This document shows, in pieces, positions 8,085 to 18,710 of a stretch of 20,000 bases of DNA. A program made the translations under genes and the position numbers. The notes beneath the pieces are model-generated. The model saw nothing but the letters and a program-made list of their open reading frames with translations. It was not told where the DNA came from and made no database searches. Positions within the stretch are counted from its first letter, which is position 1, and every line of letters starts with the position of its first letter. Source of the DNA: Chiloscyllium plagiosum (taxonomy: Eukaryota); assembly GCF_004010195.1 (NCBI RefSeq), contig NC_057717.1, positions 104,053,302 through 104,073,301 of the forward strand, given 5' to 3'.

Positions 8085-10124
8085 GTGACTCTGAAGGGAA
8101 GTGGGGGGAGAATAGAAAAGTGCTAGTGGTAGGAGAGTCAGTAGTTAGATGGGTGGTCTTGGATGGGATTCCCGGAAGCTACGTTGCCTCCCAGGTGCCA
8201 GGGTCCGGGATGTCTCTGATTGAGTCTACAAGATGCTGAAGGGGGGAGGGTGAGCAGCCAGAAGTCATGGTGCACATTGGCACCACTGGCGTAGTCTGCA
8301 AAAGGATGAAGGTCTAACAAGTGATTTCAGGGAGTATCAGGGATAAGCAGAGTAGTAATCTCAGGATTGCTACCGGTACCACGTGCGAGTGAGGCGAGGA
8401 ACAGAGAGCGACTGCAGCTAAACACGTGGCTAACAGGGCTGGTGCAGGAGGGAGGGCTTCAGATACATAGATCATTGGGGTACCGTCTGGGGAAGGTGGG
8501 ACCTGTACATGAAGGACGGGTTGTACTTAAACTGGAGGGGCACTAGTGTCCTGAATGGGAGATTTGCTAGAGCTCTTCGGGAGGGTTTAAATTAGTTTGG
8601 CAGGGGGATGGGAATCCGAGCTACAGATCAGAGGAGAGGGTAATTGGTGAACGGACAGAAATAGAACGCAGAGAGTCTGGCAGGAAGGATACACAGTTGA
8701 TGGGTTAGAGTGTCTGTTTCAATGCAAGGAGTGTCAGGAATAAGAGATGAACTTACACCATGGATCAGTACTTGGAAATACGATGCTGTGGCCATAATGG
8801 AGACATGGATTTCACTGGGGTAGGAACAGTTGCCGGATGTTTCAGGGTTTAGGTCTTTTAAAAACAATGAGGGGAGTGAAAGTGGAGGGGGATGGCATCA
8901 CAGCTGCAGAAAAGAAGGTTGTTGAGGAAGAGTGGACGTCAGTAACAGGAAAGGAACAGTCACCGAATTTTTCTATAGACGCCCCAATAGCAGCAGAAAG
9001 ATGGAAGGACAGATTGGATAAAAGATCTTGGAGAGGTGCAGATGTAACAGAGTTATTGTCACGAGTTCCCCAATATTGATTGGAACCTCCTTAGTGCAGA
9101 TGTTCTGGATGGAGGCAGTTTTTTGTCAAGTTTTTCCAGGAGGGATTCCTGACTCAATATGTCGATAGGCTGACTGGGGGGGGGAGGCGGCCATATTGGA
9201 TTTGATGCTAGGCAATGAACCAGGTCAGGTGTCAGATCTCTCGATGGGAGGGCATTTCGGTGACAGTGACCACAACCACCTCACCTTTTCCATTGTCATG
9301 GAGAGGGATAGCAGTAGACAGTGTGGGAAGCTATTTAATTGGGGGAGGGGAAATTATACTGCGATTAGACAGGAGCTGTGGAGTATAAATTGGGGACAAC
9401 TGTTTTACAGGAAAGGCACCACAGAAATGTGGAGGCTGTTGAAGGAGCGCTTGTTGTGAGTGTTGGATAACCTTGTCCCACTGAGACAGGCAAGGAATGG
9501 TAAAGTGAAGGAGCCTTGGATGACAAGACAAGAGGGGCTTCTCTTCAAGAGAAAGAAGGAAGCTTACTTAAGATTAATGAGGCAAAGATCTGGCACAGCT
9601 TTAGAGGATTGCAGGATAGCTAGGAAAGAACTTCAAAAGTGGACTGAGGACAGCTAGGAGGGGCACGAGAAAGCCTTGGTGGGAAGGATTAGAGAAAACC
9701 CAAAGGCGTCCTTCACGTAGGTGAGGAATAAGAAAATGGTCAGAGAGGGTAGGGTCTATCAGGGATGGTGGAGGGAACTATGAAGAGGTAGGGGAGGCCC
9801 TAAATGAGTTTTTTGCTTCAGCATTCACTAGAGAGAGACCTTGTTAATAGTGAAGACAGCATGAACCAGGTTAATAGGCCTGAACGATTGATATTAAGGA
9901 AGTGGATGTGCTGAAAATGCTGAAGAATCAAGATAGATGGTCGGACTGAGATATCTGAGGTTACTACGGGAAGCGAGGAATGAGATTGCTGTGCCTCTGG
10001 CGATGATCTTTGCATCCTCCCTCTCCACGGGAGTAGTACCAGCTGATTCGAGGGAGGCAAATGTTCTGCTGTTCAAGAAAGGGAATAGGGAAATCCCTGG
10101 GAATTACAGACCAGTCAGTCTTAC

Positions 10125-10415
10125 TGGTCCAAAGATGCGCAGGTTAGGGTGAATTGGCCATGCTAAATTGCCCGTAGTGTTCCAGGGTGTGTAGGTGCAT
10201 TAGTCAGGGGTAAATGTAGGATATTAGGGTAGGGGAGTGGGTCTGGGTGTGCTAAATTGCCCGTAGTGTTCCAGGGTGTGTAGGTGCATTAGTCAGGGGT
10301 AATGTAGGATATTAGGGTAGGGGAGTGGGTCTGGGTGGGTTACCCTTCAGAGGGTTGGTGTGGACTTGGGCCAAAGGGCCTGTTTCGACACTCTAGGGAT
10401 TCTGTTTCTATTCTA
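10125..10415 (+). mobile_element. 5'-truncated HE1-like SINE inserted into CR1 ORF2, with internal 89/88-bp tandem duplication
   Basis: Homologous to 6847-7010; flanked by TTAC (10121-10124 and 10416-10419); duplicated units 10161-10249 and 10250-10337. Confidence 0.85.
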
Positions 10416-11495
10416 TTACGTCTTTGGTAAGGAAAGGATTCTGAGAGATAGGATGTATGACTATTTGGAAAAACATAGTTTGATTAAAGATAGTCAGCAT
10501 GGCTTTGTGAGGGGCAGGTCATCCCTCCCAAGCCTTATTGATGAAGGTTGAGCAGTGGATGTGGTGTCAGTGGATTTCAGTAAGGTATTTGATAAGGTTC
10601 CCCATGGTAGGCTCATTCAGAAAGTTAGGATTGGGATACAGGGAAATATGGCTATCTGGGTACGGAATTGGCTGGCCAAAAGAAGACAGCGAGTGGTAGA
10701 TGATGTAAAGTATTCCGACTGGAGCTCGGTGACCAGTGGTGTCCTGCAGGGATCTGTTCTTGGGCCTCTGCTCTTTGTAGTGTTTGTAAATGACTTGGAT
10801 GAGGAAGTGGAAGGCGGGTTAGTAAGTTTGCCGATGACACAAAAAGGTCGGTGGTGTTGTAGACCATGTCGAGGGCTATTATAGGCTGCAATATGTCATT
10901 GACACAATGCAGAGCTGAGCTGAGAAGTGGCAGATGGAGGTCAACCTGGTCAAATTTGAATGCTGAATACAGGGTTAAAGACAGGATTCTTGGAAATGTG
11001 AAGGAACAGTGGGATCTTGGGGTCCATGTACATAGATCCCTCAAAATTGCCACCCAAGTTTATATGGTTAAGAAGGCATATGGTGTTTTGGCCTCATTAA
11101 CAGGGGGATTGAGTTTAAGAGCCGTGAGGTTTTGCTGCAGCTCTACAAGTCCCTGGTGAAATCACACTTGGAATATTGTGTCCAGTTCTAGTCACCTCAT
11201 TATGGGAAGGATGTAGATGCTTTAGAGCGGGTGCAGAGGAGATTTCCCAGAATGCGACCTGGATTAGAGAGCATGTCTTATGAAGAGAGGTTGAGTGAGC
11301 TCTGGTTTTTCACACTGGAGAGAAGGAAGGGAGGTGACTTGGTTGGGGTGTACGGGGTAATGAGAGGCATAGATAGCCAGAGATTTTCCCTAGGGCAGAA
11401 ATGGCTGTCGTGAGGGGTCATTATTGTGAGGTGATTGGAGAGAGGTAGAGGGGAGATGTCAGAGGTAGGTTCTTTATGCAGAGAGTGGTGGGTGC

Positions 11496-11779
11496 ATGGA
11501 ATGCACTGCCAGCCGGTGGTGGTGGAGCTGGAGACATTAGGGACACTTAAGCGACTGCTGGACAAGCACATGGACGGCAGTAAATTGAGGGGTGAGTAGG
11601 TTAGGTTGACCTTAGATTGAGATAAATGCTCAGCACAATGGAATGCACTGCCAGCCGGTGGTGGTGGAGCTGGAGACATTAGGGACACTTAAGCGACTGC
11701 TGGACAAGCACATGGACGGCAGTAAATTGAGGGGTGAGTAGGTTAGGCTGACCTTAGATTGAGATAAATGCTCGGCACA
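11496..11779 (+). repeat. 142-bp tandem duplication in the CR1 3' end
   Basis: 11496-11637 and 11638-11779 differ at 2 positions by eye. Confidence 0.95.
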
Positions 11780-11820
11780 ACATCGTGGGCCGAAGGGCCT
11801 GTACTGTTCTATGTTCTACT

Positions 11821-12244
11821 CATGTATCCATCCAAATGTCTTTTAAACATTGTAATTATACCCATGTCCACCACTTCCTCACGGGGTGGGGGGTGAAGAG
11901 AGGAGGGAGGAATTTGCCTCATGTCTTTTTAAAATTCCTCTCCTCTCACCTGTTTAAAAATATGCCCCTTAGTCTCGAAATTTCCCATCCTAGGGAAAAG
12001 ACAACTGCCACTAACTCTATCTGTAGATCTCATTATTTTATAAATTTCTATTGGGTCGCCCCTCAACCTCCTACTCTCCAGTGGAAAATAGTCCCTGCCT
12101 CTCCTTTTTAGCTCAAACCTTCCATTCCTAGCAAGGTCCTGGTAAATCTCTTCTGAACCCTCTGCAGCTCAATAATAATCTTTCTATAACGGGGCGGCCA
12201 GAAATGGACTTGGTACTCCAGAGGAGGCCTCACTAACGTCCTGT
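11821..12244 (-). mobile_element. CR1 ORF2 C-terminus, right piece of the split element
   Basis: Colinear with the paralog at 18223-18560; reverse strand gives decayed LVRPPLEYQVHFWPP..LRATQ*KFIK.. Confidence 0.85.
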
Positions 12245-12689
12245 CCTGGGAGATTGACGGATGTCACAGCTATTTCCTGAAGTCAGCAACATTGCAATCT
12301 CCTGCTCAGATCAACAGGAAAGCCAACACTGGACTGAGCTCAGTGTTTCCATTTTTAACCTGCTCTGGCATATGAATGTCAACATTTAAACAGATAAAAT
12401 AACCAGGAGTAGGTACTCGTGTGTTAAATGGAGTGGATGCAGAGAGTCAATAAAGGGGATCTGTTTCCAGTAAAGTGGGGGAGGGGGGGGGGGGCATGAG
12501 TGTCTTAACTAATGGACAGTGTTTTCAGGAGATTAATAAAAACACCAGAGTGATCAGGACAATTTTTAGTTTCTGACTAGCAATGAGTTTTCTGAAAAGT
12601 GGTTCCAGAAGGTTCAATAACTGTACCAAAAAGCAAAATTTTGCTGGTCTATGGCCAGTCGGCGTGTGTGTTGTGTGTAACGTTGTCAC

Positions 12690-12812
12690 AGCCAGAGGTC
12701 TACGGCAGATCAAAAGTCCCTTTGGCCCTTCGGTGCTGCACTGGTCAAAAACAGCCACCTACCTCTTCTAACCCCACCTTCCAGCACCTGGTCCAAACCC
12801 TTGTATGCCTTA
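12690..12812 (-). mobile_element. Decayed CR1 3'-UTR stub
   Basis: AGAGGTCTACGGCA..CCCTTTGGCCC..TCTAACCCCACCTTCCAGCACCTGGTCC resembles other CR1 tails in the window. Confidence 0.5.
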
Positions 12813-12889
12813 GTGAATGGGTTAGCTCTTTCAAAGGGCTGGGGCAAATACTGTGGGCAGAATGGCTTACTACTTTGCATGTTTAACGT

Positions 12890-13360
12890 TGGAAGCAGTT
12901 CAGAGATGGTTCACTTGACTGATCCCTGCCACAAAGGGGTTTATCTCATGAGGAAAAGGTGGACAGACAGTGTGTCTTGGCACTTAGAGTGAGTGGCGAT
13001 CTTCTTGGGGTGTGTACCTTCCTGAGGGGAGTTGACAGGCTGGATTCTGGGACGATGTTTCCCCTTCGTGGAGATAAGACTGGGGGGAGAGCACTTTGAG
13101 GGTCAGAATAATGTTGTTGCTAATATTTGGAAATTTATGCCAGAAAGCAGCGTGCAGGGGACAACGTCTGAGTTCACAGCTGATCCAAAACCTTGCATAC
13201 TGTGGTGGGGCTCAGCGCAGAACTCCAAAAGTACATGGGTGCACAGGTTTGAGGTGTTATTGGCAGTTGAGTTAGACAGGATTTTAGCTGTAAGTCAGTC
13301 AGAAGTCTTCAGAAATAGTAAGGAATTTGAAGTTAAGATCATGATTAGGTGAGCTGTTCC
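12890..13360 (+). mobile_element. Highly decayed CR1 3' fragment
   Basis: GCAGTTCAGAGATGGTTCACT..TGATCCCTG..TCTCATGAGGAAAAGG..GGCGATCTT..CCTGAGGGGAGTTGACAGG (remnants of VQRRFTRLIP..SYEERL..GDL..ILRG.DR). Confidence 0.6.
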
Positions 13361-13409
13361 AATTCCGATAGAAAGCATCATGTCTGCATTCAGTCTCGAA
13401 GCATTTTAA

Positions 13410-14400
13410 CTTAGTGCCAACTCCTCTTTCCCCAAAACCCTGTGTTTTGTTTCAGTTTAAACAACCACCCAATGAGCTTTTGAAGGCCTCAGCTGAACCT
13501 ACCTCCACCACGGTGCATTCCACTCCCTAACCACTCGCTGTGTGAAAACATTTCTTTTCCTCATTGAACGTTTGGGGTTCCTTTTACAAATTACTGTCAA
13601 ATTGTGTGCTCTGACTCTCAATCCTTTTCCAAGAAAGAACATGTTCTTCCCCCCCCCTCTACTTTGCCCAAAAGCCTCTGACTTTGAACATCGCTATCAC
13701 ATCTCCTCTTCGCCTTCTCTCCTCTCCAATTTTCCCGAATACCTGAAGTTTCTCATTCCCAGAATTATTGTCATAAACCTCTCCTACAATGTGTTCACAT
13801 CCTATCTAAACTATACAATCTTCCAGTAGAGAGCTAGCTAGTGATCTGTGTAAGTTAATTGTAACTCCCTGCTCTGTACTCTAAGCTGCTCTAGTTAATT
13901 TTAGCAACTCTTTCTGTCTGTCCTGGAACTTGTGATCACTTACTTTTGTATCCACACCCAGGTCCCTCTGTCCCTGCACCCCCTTTAGAATGGTTGCCTC
14001 CCAAAGTCTGCCCATGTTCCTCGCAGTAAAATGCATCACCTCACACACTACCCAACATTGAAGTTCACCTACCACCCACCTGCCCCCTCCAGCAGGGCAC
14101 CTTTGGAATTTGGCAGTGATTACAATGATCTTAAGCAACAAAGTTTGAAATTATCCCCAGTGCACTGGACCGAGATTATTAATGGATTTCAGGAATATAT
14201 AAATCCCATTAGCGATCCCTGGAGAATTCCACTAAAAGCTTTCATCCAGCCCGACCAATACTTATTAACTATTAATCTGTTTCCTCTCCCTCAGGAAATG
14301 TGTACCAATATTGTTGCTACTAACCCCTTTAACCCATCAGTTATCACTTGCCTCTGATCTCTGCTGTCTAGCACTGTATTGAATGCCTTTTGGAGAGGAT
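13410..14400 (-). mobile_element. Old CR1 fragment (RT C-terminal half to 3' end)
   Basis: Reverse-strand remnants CEVMHF, ILKGVQGQRDLGV, FFTQRVVREWNA. Confidence 0.7.
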
Positions 14401-14454
14401 GCAGATCTCATCGATGGAAAATTCTCAAGGGGCCGAATGGCCACCTCCTTTCTT

Positions 14455-14760
14455 CTAATTACAATCCCTACAGTGTGGGAGCAGGCCATTTGGCCCATCG
14501 AGTTCATACTGTCCGTCTGAAGAGCATCCAACCCCCTGTAACCCTGCATTTCTAATGGCTAACCCACCTAGCCTGCACATCCCTGGACACTGGACAATTT
14601 AGAATGGCCAATCCACCCTAAACTCCACGTCTTTGGACTGTGGGAGGAAACCCACGCAGACATAAGGAGAATGTGTAAACTCCACACAGTCGCCTGAGGC
14701 TGGAATCAAACCCAGGTCCCTGGTATTGTGAGGCAGCAGTGCTAACCACTGTGCCACCCC
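14455..14760 (-). mobile_element. HE1-like V-SINE
   Basis: Reverse complement of GGTGGCACAGTGGTTAGCACTGCTGCCTCACA..GGTTTGATTCC..V-domain..CR1-like tail. Confidence 0.9.
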
Positions 14761-14904
14761 TCATCACTATAAGATAGTGCACAGGGGGACTTAAACCCCC
14801 AGTCAATAAAATCTTCATAGAAGGTACAGTTGAGTTAAACTTGAAACCATTGCTGGTCCTGTGGATATTTCTTTGCACACCAACAGTTAACTGACAGTTA
14901 ACCC

Positions 14905-15156
14905 ACTCTAAGTCTGGGATTAAGAGTCTAATGATGACCATGAATCCATTGTTGATGGGGGGGGGGGGGGGGGGGGGGGGTGAGGGGGGAAAGCCCATTT
15001 GATTCACTATGTCCTTCAGGGAAGGAAACAGCCATCCTTACCCACATGTGACTCCAGACCCACAGCAATGTGGTTGACCCTTAACTGCCCTCTGGGCAAT
15101 AAATGCTGGGCCCAGCCAGTAACGCCTGATCCAGTGAATGAGTTTTTTAAAAAAAT
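14905..15156 (+). mobile_element. 5'-truncated tRNA-SINE (same family as 17121-17468) containing a G24 run
   Basis: TCACTA.TGTCCTT.AGGGAAGGAAA..CATGTGACTCCAGACCCACAGCAATGTGGTTGAC..GGGCAATAAATG is shared with 17290-17425; poly-G 14957-14980. Confidence 0.85.
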
Positions 15157-15704
15157 CACTGCTGTAGGATCGTGAAACAACATCACCCACCACTCAAGCC
15201 TCAGTCTGTCCAGCACGGCTCCACCTCACCCAGTGACCCTGCGTTCAGAAAAGTAAACGTTCAAGTGGTTGAAATGAGCTGGCTCAGGCTGACTGAAGCA
15301 GGCCTTTTCCTTCTATTGAGAGGGGGTGTCACTGGCAAGGCAGGTTCCTTATAGTCTGGGAGTGTGAGTGCTCCATAAACATGGTGTATAGACTCTGCCA
15401 GGGAGTAGTTAGACCCAGGAGCTTGATGACCCATCCCAGTCCATGCTGCCTCCCAGTGGAGATGAGTTGGAATTACAGTATGGCTGGGCTGGGAACTTGT
15501 GTACCATACACAGGAACTCCAATCTGACGGCTCATTCATGTAGATGGTGGTTTTTTTTCTCTTCGCTGATTTCCAGCTGTATCCTGTCTTCATCACAGGC
15601 TCAGCCACCAAGTCGCTCCCCGCATCCCCGCGGGTCACTTTCACCCCAAACCTTCGACTCTCAACACAGCCAGCTATTCGGGTCAGGGAGGCATCACAGT
15701 TTCC

Positions 15705-15782
15705 CGTAGGCAGCATTCCAAACCCCACGACCGCTCCCGTCCAAATGGGCAAGGGCAGCAGATACATGGGGACACCACTCCC
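15705..15782 (+). mobile_element. Short LINE fragment (family of 7118-7332)
   Basis: CAGCATTCCAAACCCCACGACC..AAGGGCAGCAGATACATGGGGACACCAC is homologous to the reverse complement of ~7118-7180. Confidence 0.55.
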
Positions 15783-15857
15783 ACACAGAGCGGGAGAATC
15801 TGGGACACATTTCCCCCTGTGAAGTCGACACCAGCAATGTGTTTAAGGGGACGGTTT

Positions 15858-16598
15858 TAGAACAAACAAGGAAACTTTAGAGCCCAGGAACAGGCCCTTT
15901 GGCCTTCCAAGCCTGAGCTGATCCAAATCCACTGTCTAAGCCTGTCGCCCAATTCCTAAGGATCTGTATCCCTGTGCTCCACACCTACCCATGTATCTGT
16001 CCAGATGCACTTTAAATGAATCTACCGTGCCTGCCTCTGCCACCTCTGCTGGCAACGTGTTCCAGACACCCACCACCCTCTGTGTAAAGCACTTGCCGCC
16101 TGTATCCCCCTTAAACTTTCACCTCTCACCTTGAACGTGTGACCTCTTGTTATTGAATCCCTCAACGTGGGGGAAAGGCATATCTCTATCTATCCTGTCC
16201 ATACCCTTCATGATTTTGTAGACCTCAGTTAGGTTCCCCCCCCCCCACCACCCCCATCTTTTTTTATATAATGAAAACGATCCTAACCTACTCAGCTTCT
16301 TCATAGCTAGCACCCTCCATACCAGGCAACATCCTCATAAAATCTCTCTGCACCCTCTCCAAAGCATCCATATCCTTTTGGTAATGTGGCGACCAGAACT
16401 GTACACAGGTATTCTAAATGTGGCCGAACCAACGTCATGTACAATTTTAACATGACCTGCCAGCTCTTATACTAAATGCCCTGTCCGATGAAGACGAGCA
16501 GAGCATATGCCTTCCTGACCACTCTATCCACCTGTGCAGCCACCTTCGGGGTACAATGGACCTGAACTCCCAGATCTCTCTGCCCATCAACTTTTACC
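15858..16598 (-). mobile_element. Relatively young CR1 3' fragment
   Basis: Reverse strand LGVQVHCTPKVAAQVDRVVRKAY..LVRPHLE..VQFWSPHYQKDMDALERVQRDF..NLTEVYKIMKGMDR, then 3' UTR. Confidence 0.9.
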
Positions 16599-16904
16599 TC
16601 AAATCCCGGAAGGGAGTGAAACTCTGGTTACGTTCCAGAGTATATCCATCACAGCTGTGTCTTCCCATCACTTCAAACAGAGTTTTATAGTTATCTATAG
16701 CCACACGAGAGAAACTAATTAAAGGTTAGTGTTGACACGAATCTCCTGCCCAGAGAACTCTCCCCAGCGGCTACTTGTAAACTGGAAAAGTTATATTTAA
16801 GAGTATAATCCCCTTCTGTTAGTGAGTAACAGGAAAACAGTTGGTAAAACACAAATGCATGGCCAGTTTCCAAGACTAAAACCTCGGGTGAAAGGGTCAC
16901 TTCG

Positions 16905-16928
16905 CACACACACACACACACACACACA
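16905..16928. repeat. (CA)12 microsatellite with degenerate CA-rich flank to ~17000
   Basis: Direct reading. Confidence 0.95.
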
Positions 16929-17120
16929 GGCCTTACACAAACAATCCTCCATCACGCGTGCACACACTCCCCTCAGACACACACACTCACGCGCTCACTC
17001 TTACAAATCACCTGCAGATTTCGGATCATGTGCAGTTTATGTTTTCTTTCTGGAACCTGGCTGTATTGAGACCAGTCCGCAGTTTCTCAGGCTAGCTCAG
17101 TGCAACGGGGACAGTGAGAG

Positions 17121-17468
17121 AATGGTAGCACAGTGGTTATATAGCTGGCCATGAACCCCAGGAACGTGAAGTAATCGGGTTCAAATCTCACCACAGCAGC
17201 TGAAACTTGAAATTGAGTTAAATAAATCTGGAATTGAAACCTAATATTGACCAAACAGAAAGCTACCGTTGACTATTGTAAAACCCCTTCTGGCTCACTA
17301 ATGTCCTTTTGGGAAGGAAATCTTCCATCCTTACCTGGTCTGACCTGCATGTGACTCCAGACCCACAGCAATGTGGTTGACTCCTAACTGCCCTCTGGGG
17401 CAATTAGGGATGGGGCAATAAATGTACTAGCTAGCGATGCCCACATCCTGTGAATGTTTAAGAAAAAA
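17121..17468 (+). mobile_element. tRNA-derived SINE with LINE-shared 3' tail
   Basis: A box-like TAGCACAGTGG 17126-17136, B box-like GGTTCAAATCT 17178-17188, body shared with 14905-15156, tail GGGCAATTAGGGATGGGGCAATAAATG. Confidence 0.8.
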
Positions 17469-17478
17469 AGGGAGGAAG

Positions 17479-17784
17479 TTAGATTACTTACAGTGTGGAA
17501 ACAGGTCCTTTGGCCCAACAAGTCCATGCTGACCCGCAACCCACCCAGACCCATTCCCCTACATTTACCCCTTCACCTAAATCTACAGGCAATTTAGCAT
17601 GGCCAGTTCACCTAACCTGCACATTTTTGGACTGTGGAAGGAAACCGGAGCACCCGGAGGAAACCCACGCAGACACGGGGGGAATGTGCAAACTCCACAC
17701 AGTCAGTCGCCTGAGGCGGGAACTGAACCCGGGTCTCTGGCGCTGTGAGGCAGCAGTGCTAACCACTGTGCCACCGTGCCGCCC
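17479..17784 (-). mobile_element. Full-length HE1-like V-SINE
   Basis: Reverse strand starts GGGCGGCACGGTGGCACAGTGGTTAGCACTGCTGCCTCACAGCGCCAGAGACCCGGGTTCAGTTCC; V-domain with CpGs retained (young copy); tail GTAAGTAATCTAA. Confidence 0.92.
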
Positions 17785-18118
17785 AATGGGGTGGGGATCG
17801 GAGAGGGAGAGTCAGCTCCTCTAACTGTGTAGCACTCCCTCAGGAATGTCGGACTAGATTGAGGTCGGAGAATGAAATCTCTCGAATGTGCTACCTGAGG
17901 AGGGATTGAGGTGAAATGACGTGGAACTGGCTCAGAGTGAAGCTCTCAACACCACAGACCTGATTTCTCAACTCCTGTTAGACATCACATTTTATTGCAT
18001 TGCTCTGAAAAACTTTTCAAAGTCTAAGCGATTGCTGACAGTTGGCCCTTAAGCGAACAACTTTCTGGATGTTGTTGTTCGGTGTCTTTGTCTTGTAAAA
18101 ATTAACTTAACCCTTTAT

Positions 18119-18560
18119 GGAGTCATACAGCACAAAAACAGACCCTTCATTCCAACCAGTCCCAAACTAAACGAGTCCCTCCTGCCTGCTCCAGGCCCAT
18201 ATCCCTCCAAACCTTTCCTGTTCATGAACTTATCCCTTTATAACTTGACCCACGTTTGCACTTCCTCTGGAAGTTCATTCCATGCATGGACCACCCTCTG
18301 TTTTAAAAGTTGCCCCCATGTCTTTCGTAAATCTCTCTCCTCTCTTTAAAAATATGCCCCCCAGTCTTGTAATTCCCCTACCCTAGGGAACAGATACCTG
18401 CCATTCACTGTATCTATCCCCCTCACGATTTTATAAACCTCTATAAGGTCACCCCTCAGCCTCCTACGCTCCTGTGAAAAATGTCCCAGCCTCCTCTTAT
18501 AACTCAAACCCTCTATACCCAGCAACATCCTGGTAAATCTCCTCTGAACCTTCCAGTTTA
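18119..18560 (-). mobile_element. CR1 3' fragment
   Basis: ORF 18346-18528(-) MLLGIEGLSYKRRLG..RRLRGDLIEVYKIVRGID; paralog of the split element 7959-8084/11821-12244. Confidence 0.9.
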
Positions 18561-18639
18561 TTTCTATTAATGCTATGTTAATATAATGTTACATAAAATG
18601 TATGTACTGTAATAAAGAATTTGTGTTGATATTATAATG

Positions 18640-18664
18640 TATCAATTTTCTTTTCCCTCAGTAG
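18640..18664 (+). promoter_or_regulatory. 3' splice site with tandem NAGNAG acceptors
   Basis: Polypyrimidine tract TTTTCTTTTCCCT followed by CAG (ends 18661) and TAG (ends 18664). Confidence 0.8.
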
Positions 18665-18710
18665 GTGCATCAATGGATTTGTATTGGCTATGGACATGAG
18701 GAGATAGATA

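Larger units (their letters stand above)
8085..11820 (+). mobile_element. Long 5'-truncated, disabled CR1 LINE: ORF1 SGNH-esterase part, ORF2 endonuclease + RT, 3' UTR
   Basis: ORF1 remnants VLVVGESVVR, CLPGARVRDVSD, VMVHIGT, DGLYLNWRGT (8120-8545). EN remnants FNARSVRNK, LDLMLGNEPGQV..HFGDSDHN. RT remnants [50 protein letters not shown]. Tail CTGTTCTATGTTCTA. Many frameshifts and stops. Confidence 0.95.

Noticed and set aside
8085..11820. Active LINE or domesticated RT gene
   Set aside because: Numerous frameshifts, stops, deletions and a SINE insertion.
14957..14990. G24 run as a functional G-quadruplex element
   Set aside because: Homopolymer expansion inside a SINE; length is unreliable and nothing indicates function.
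15261..15822. 168-aa and 92-aa ORFs
   Set aside because: No recognisable domain or splice context; they partly overlap a decayed LINE fragment.
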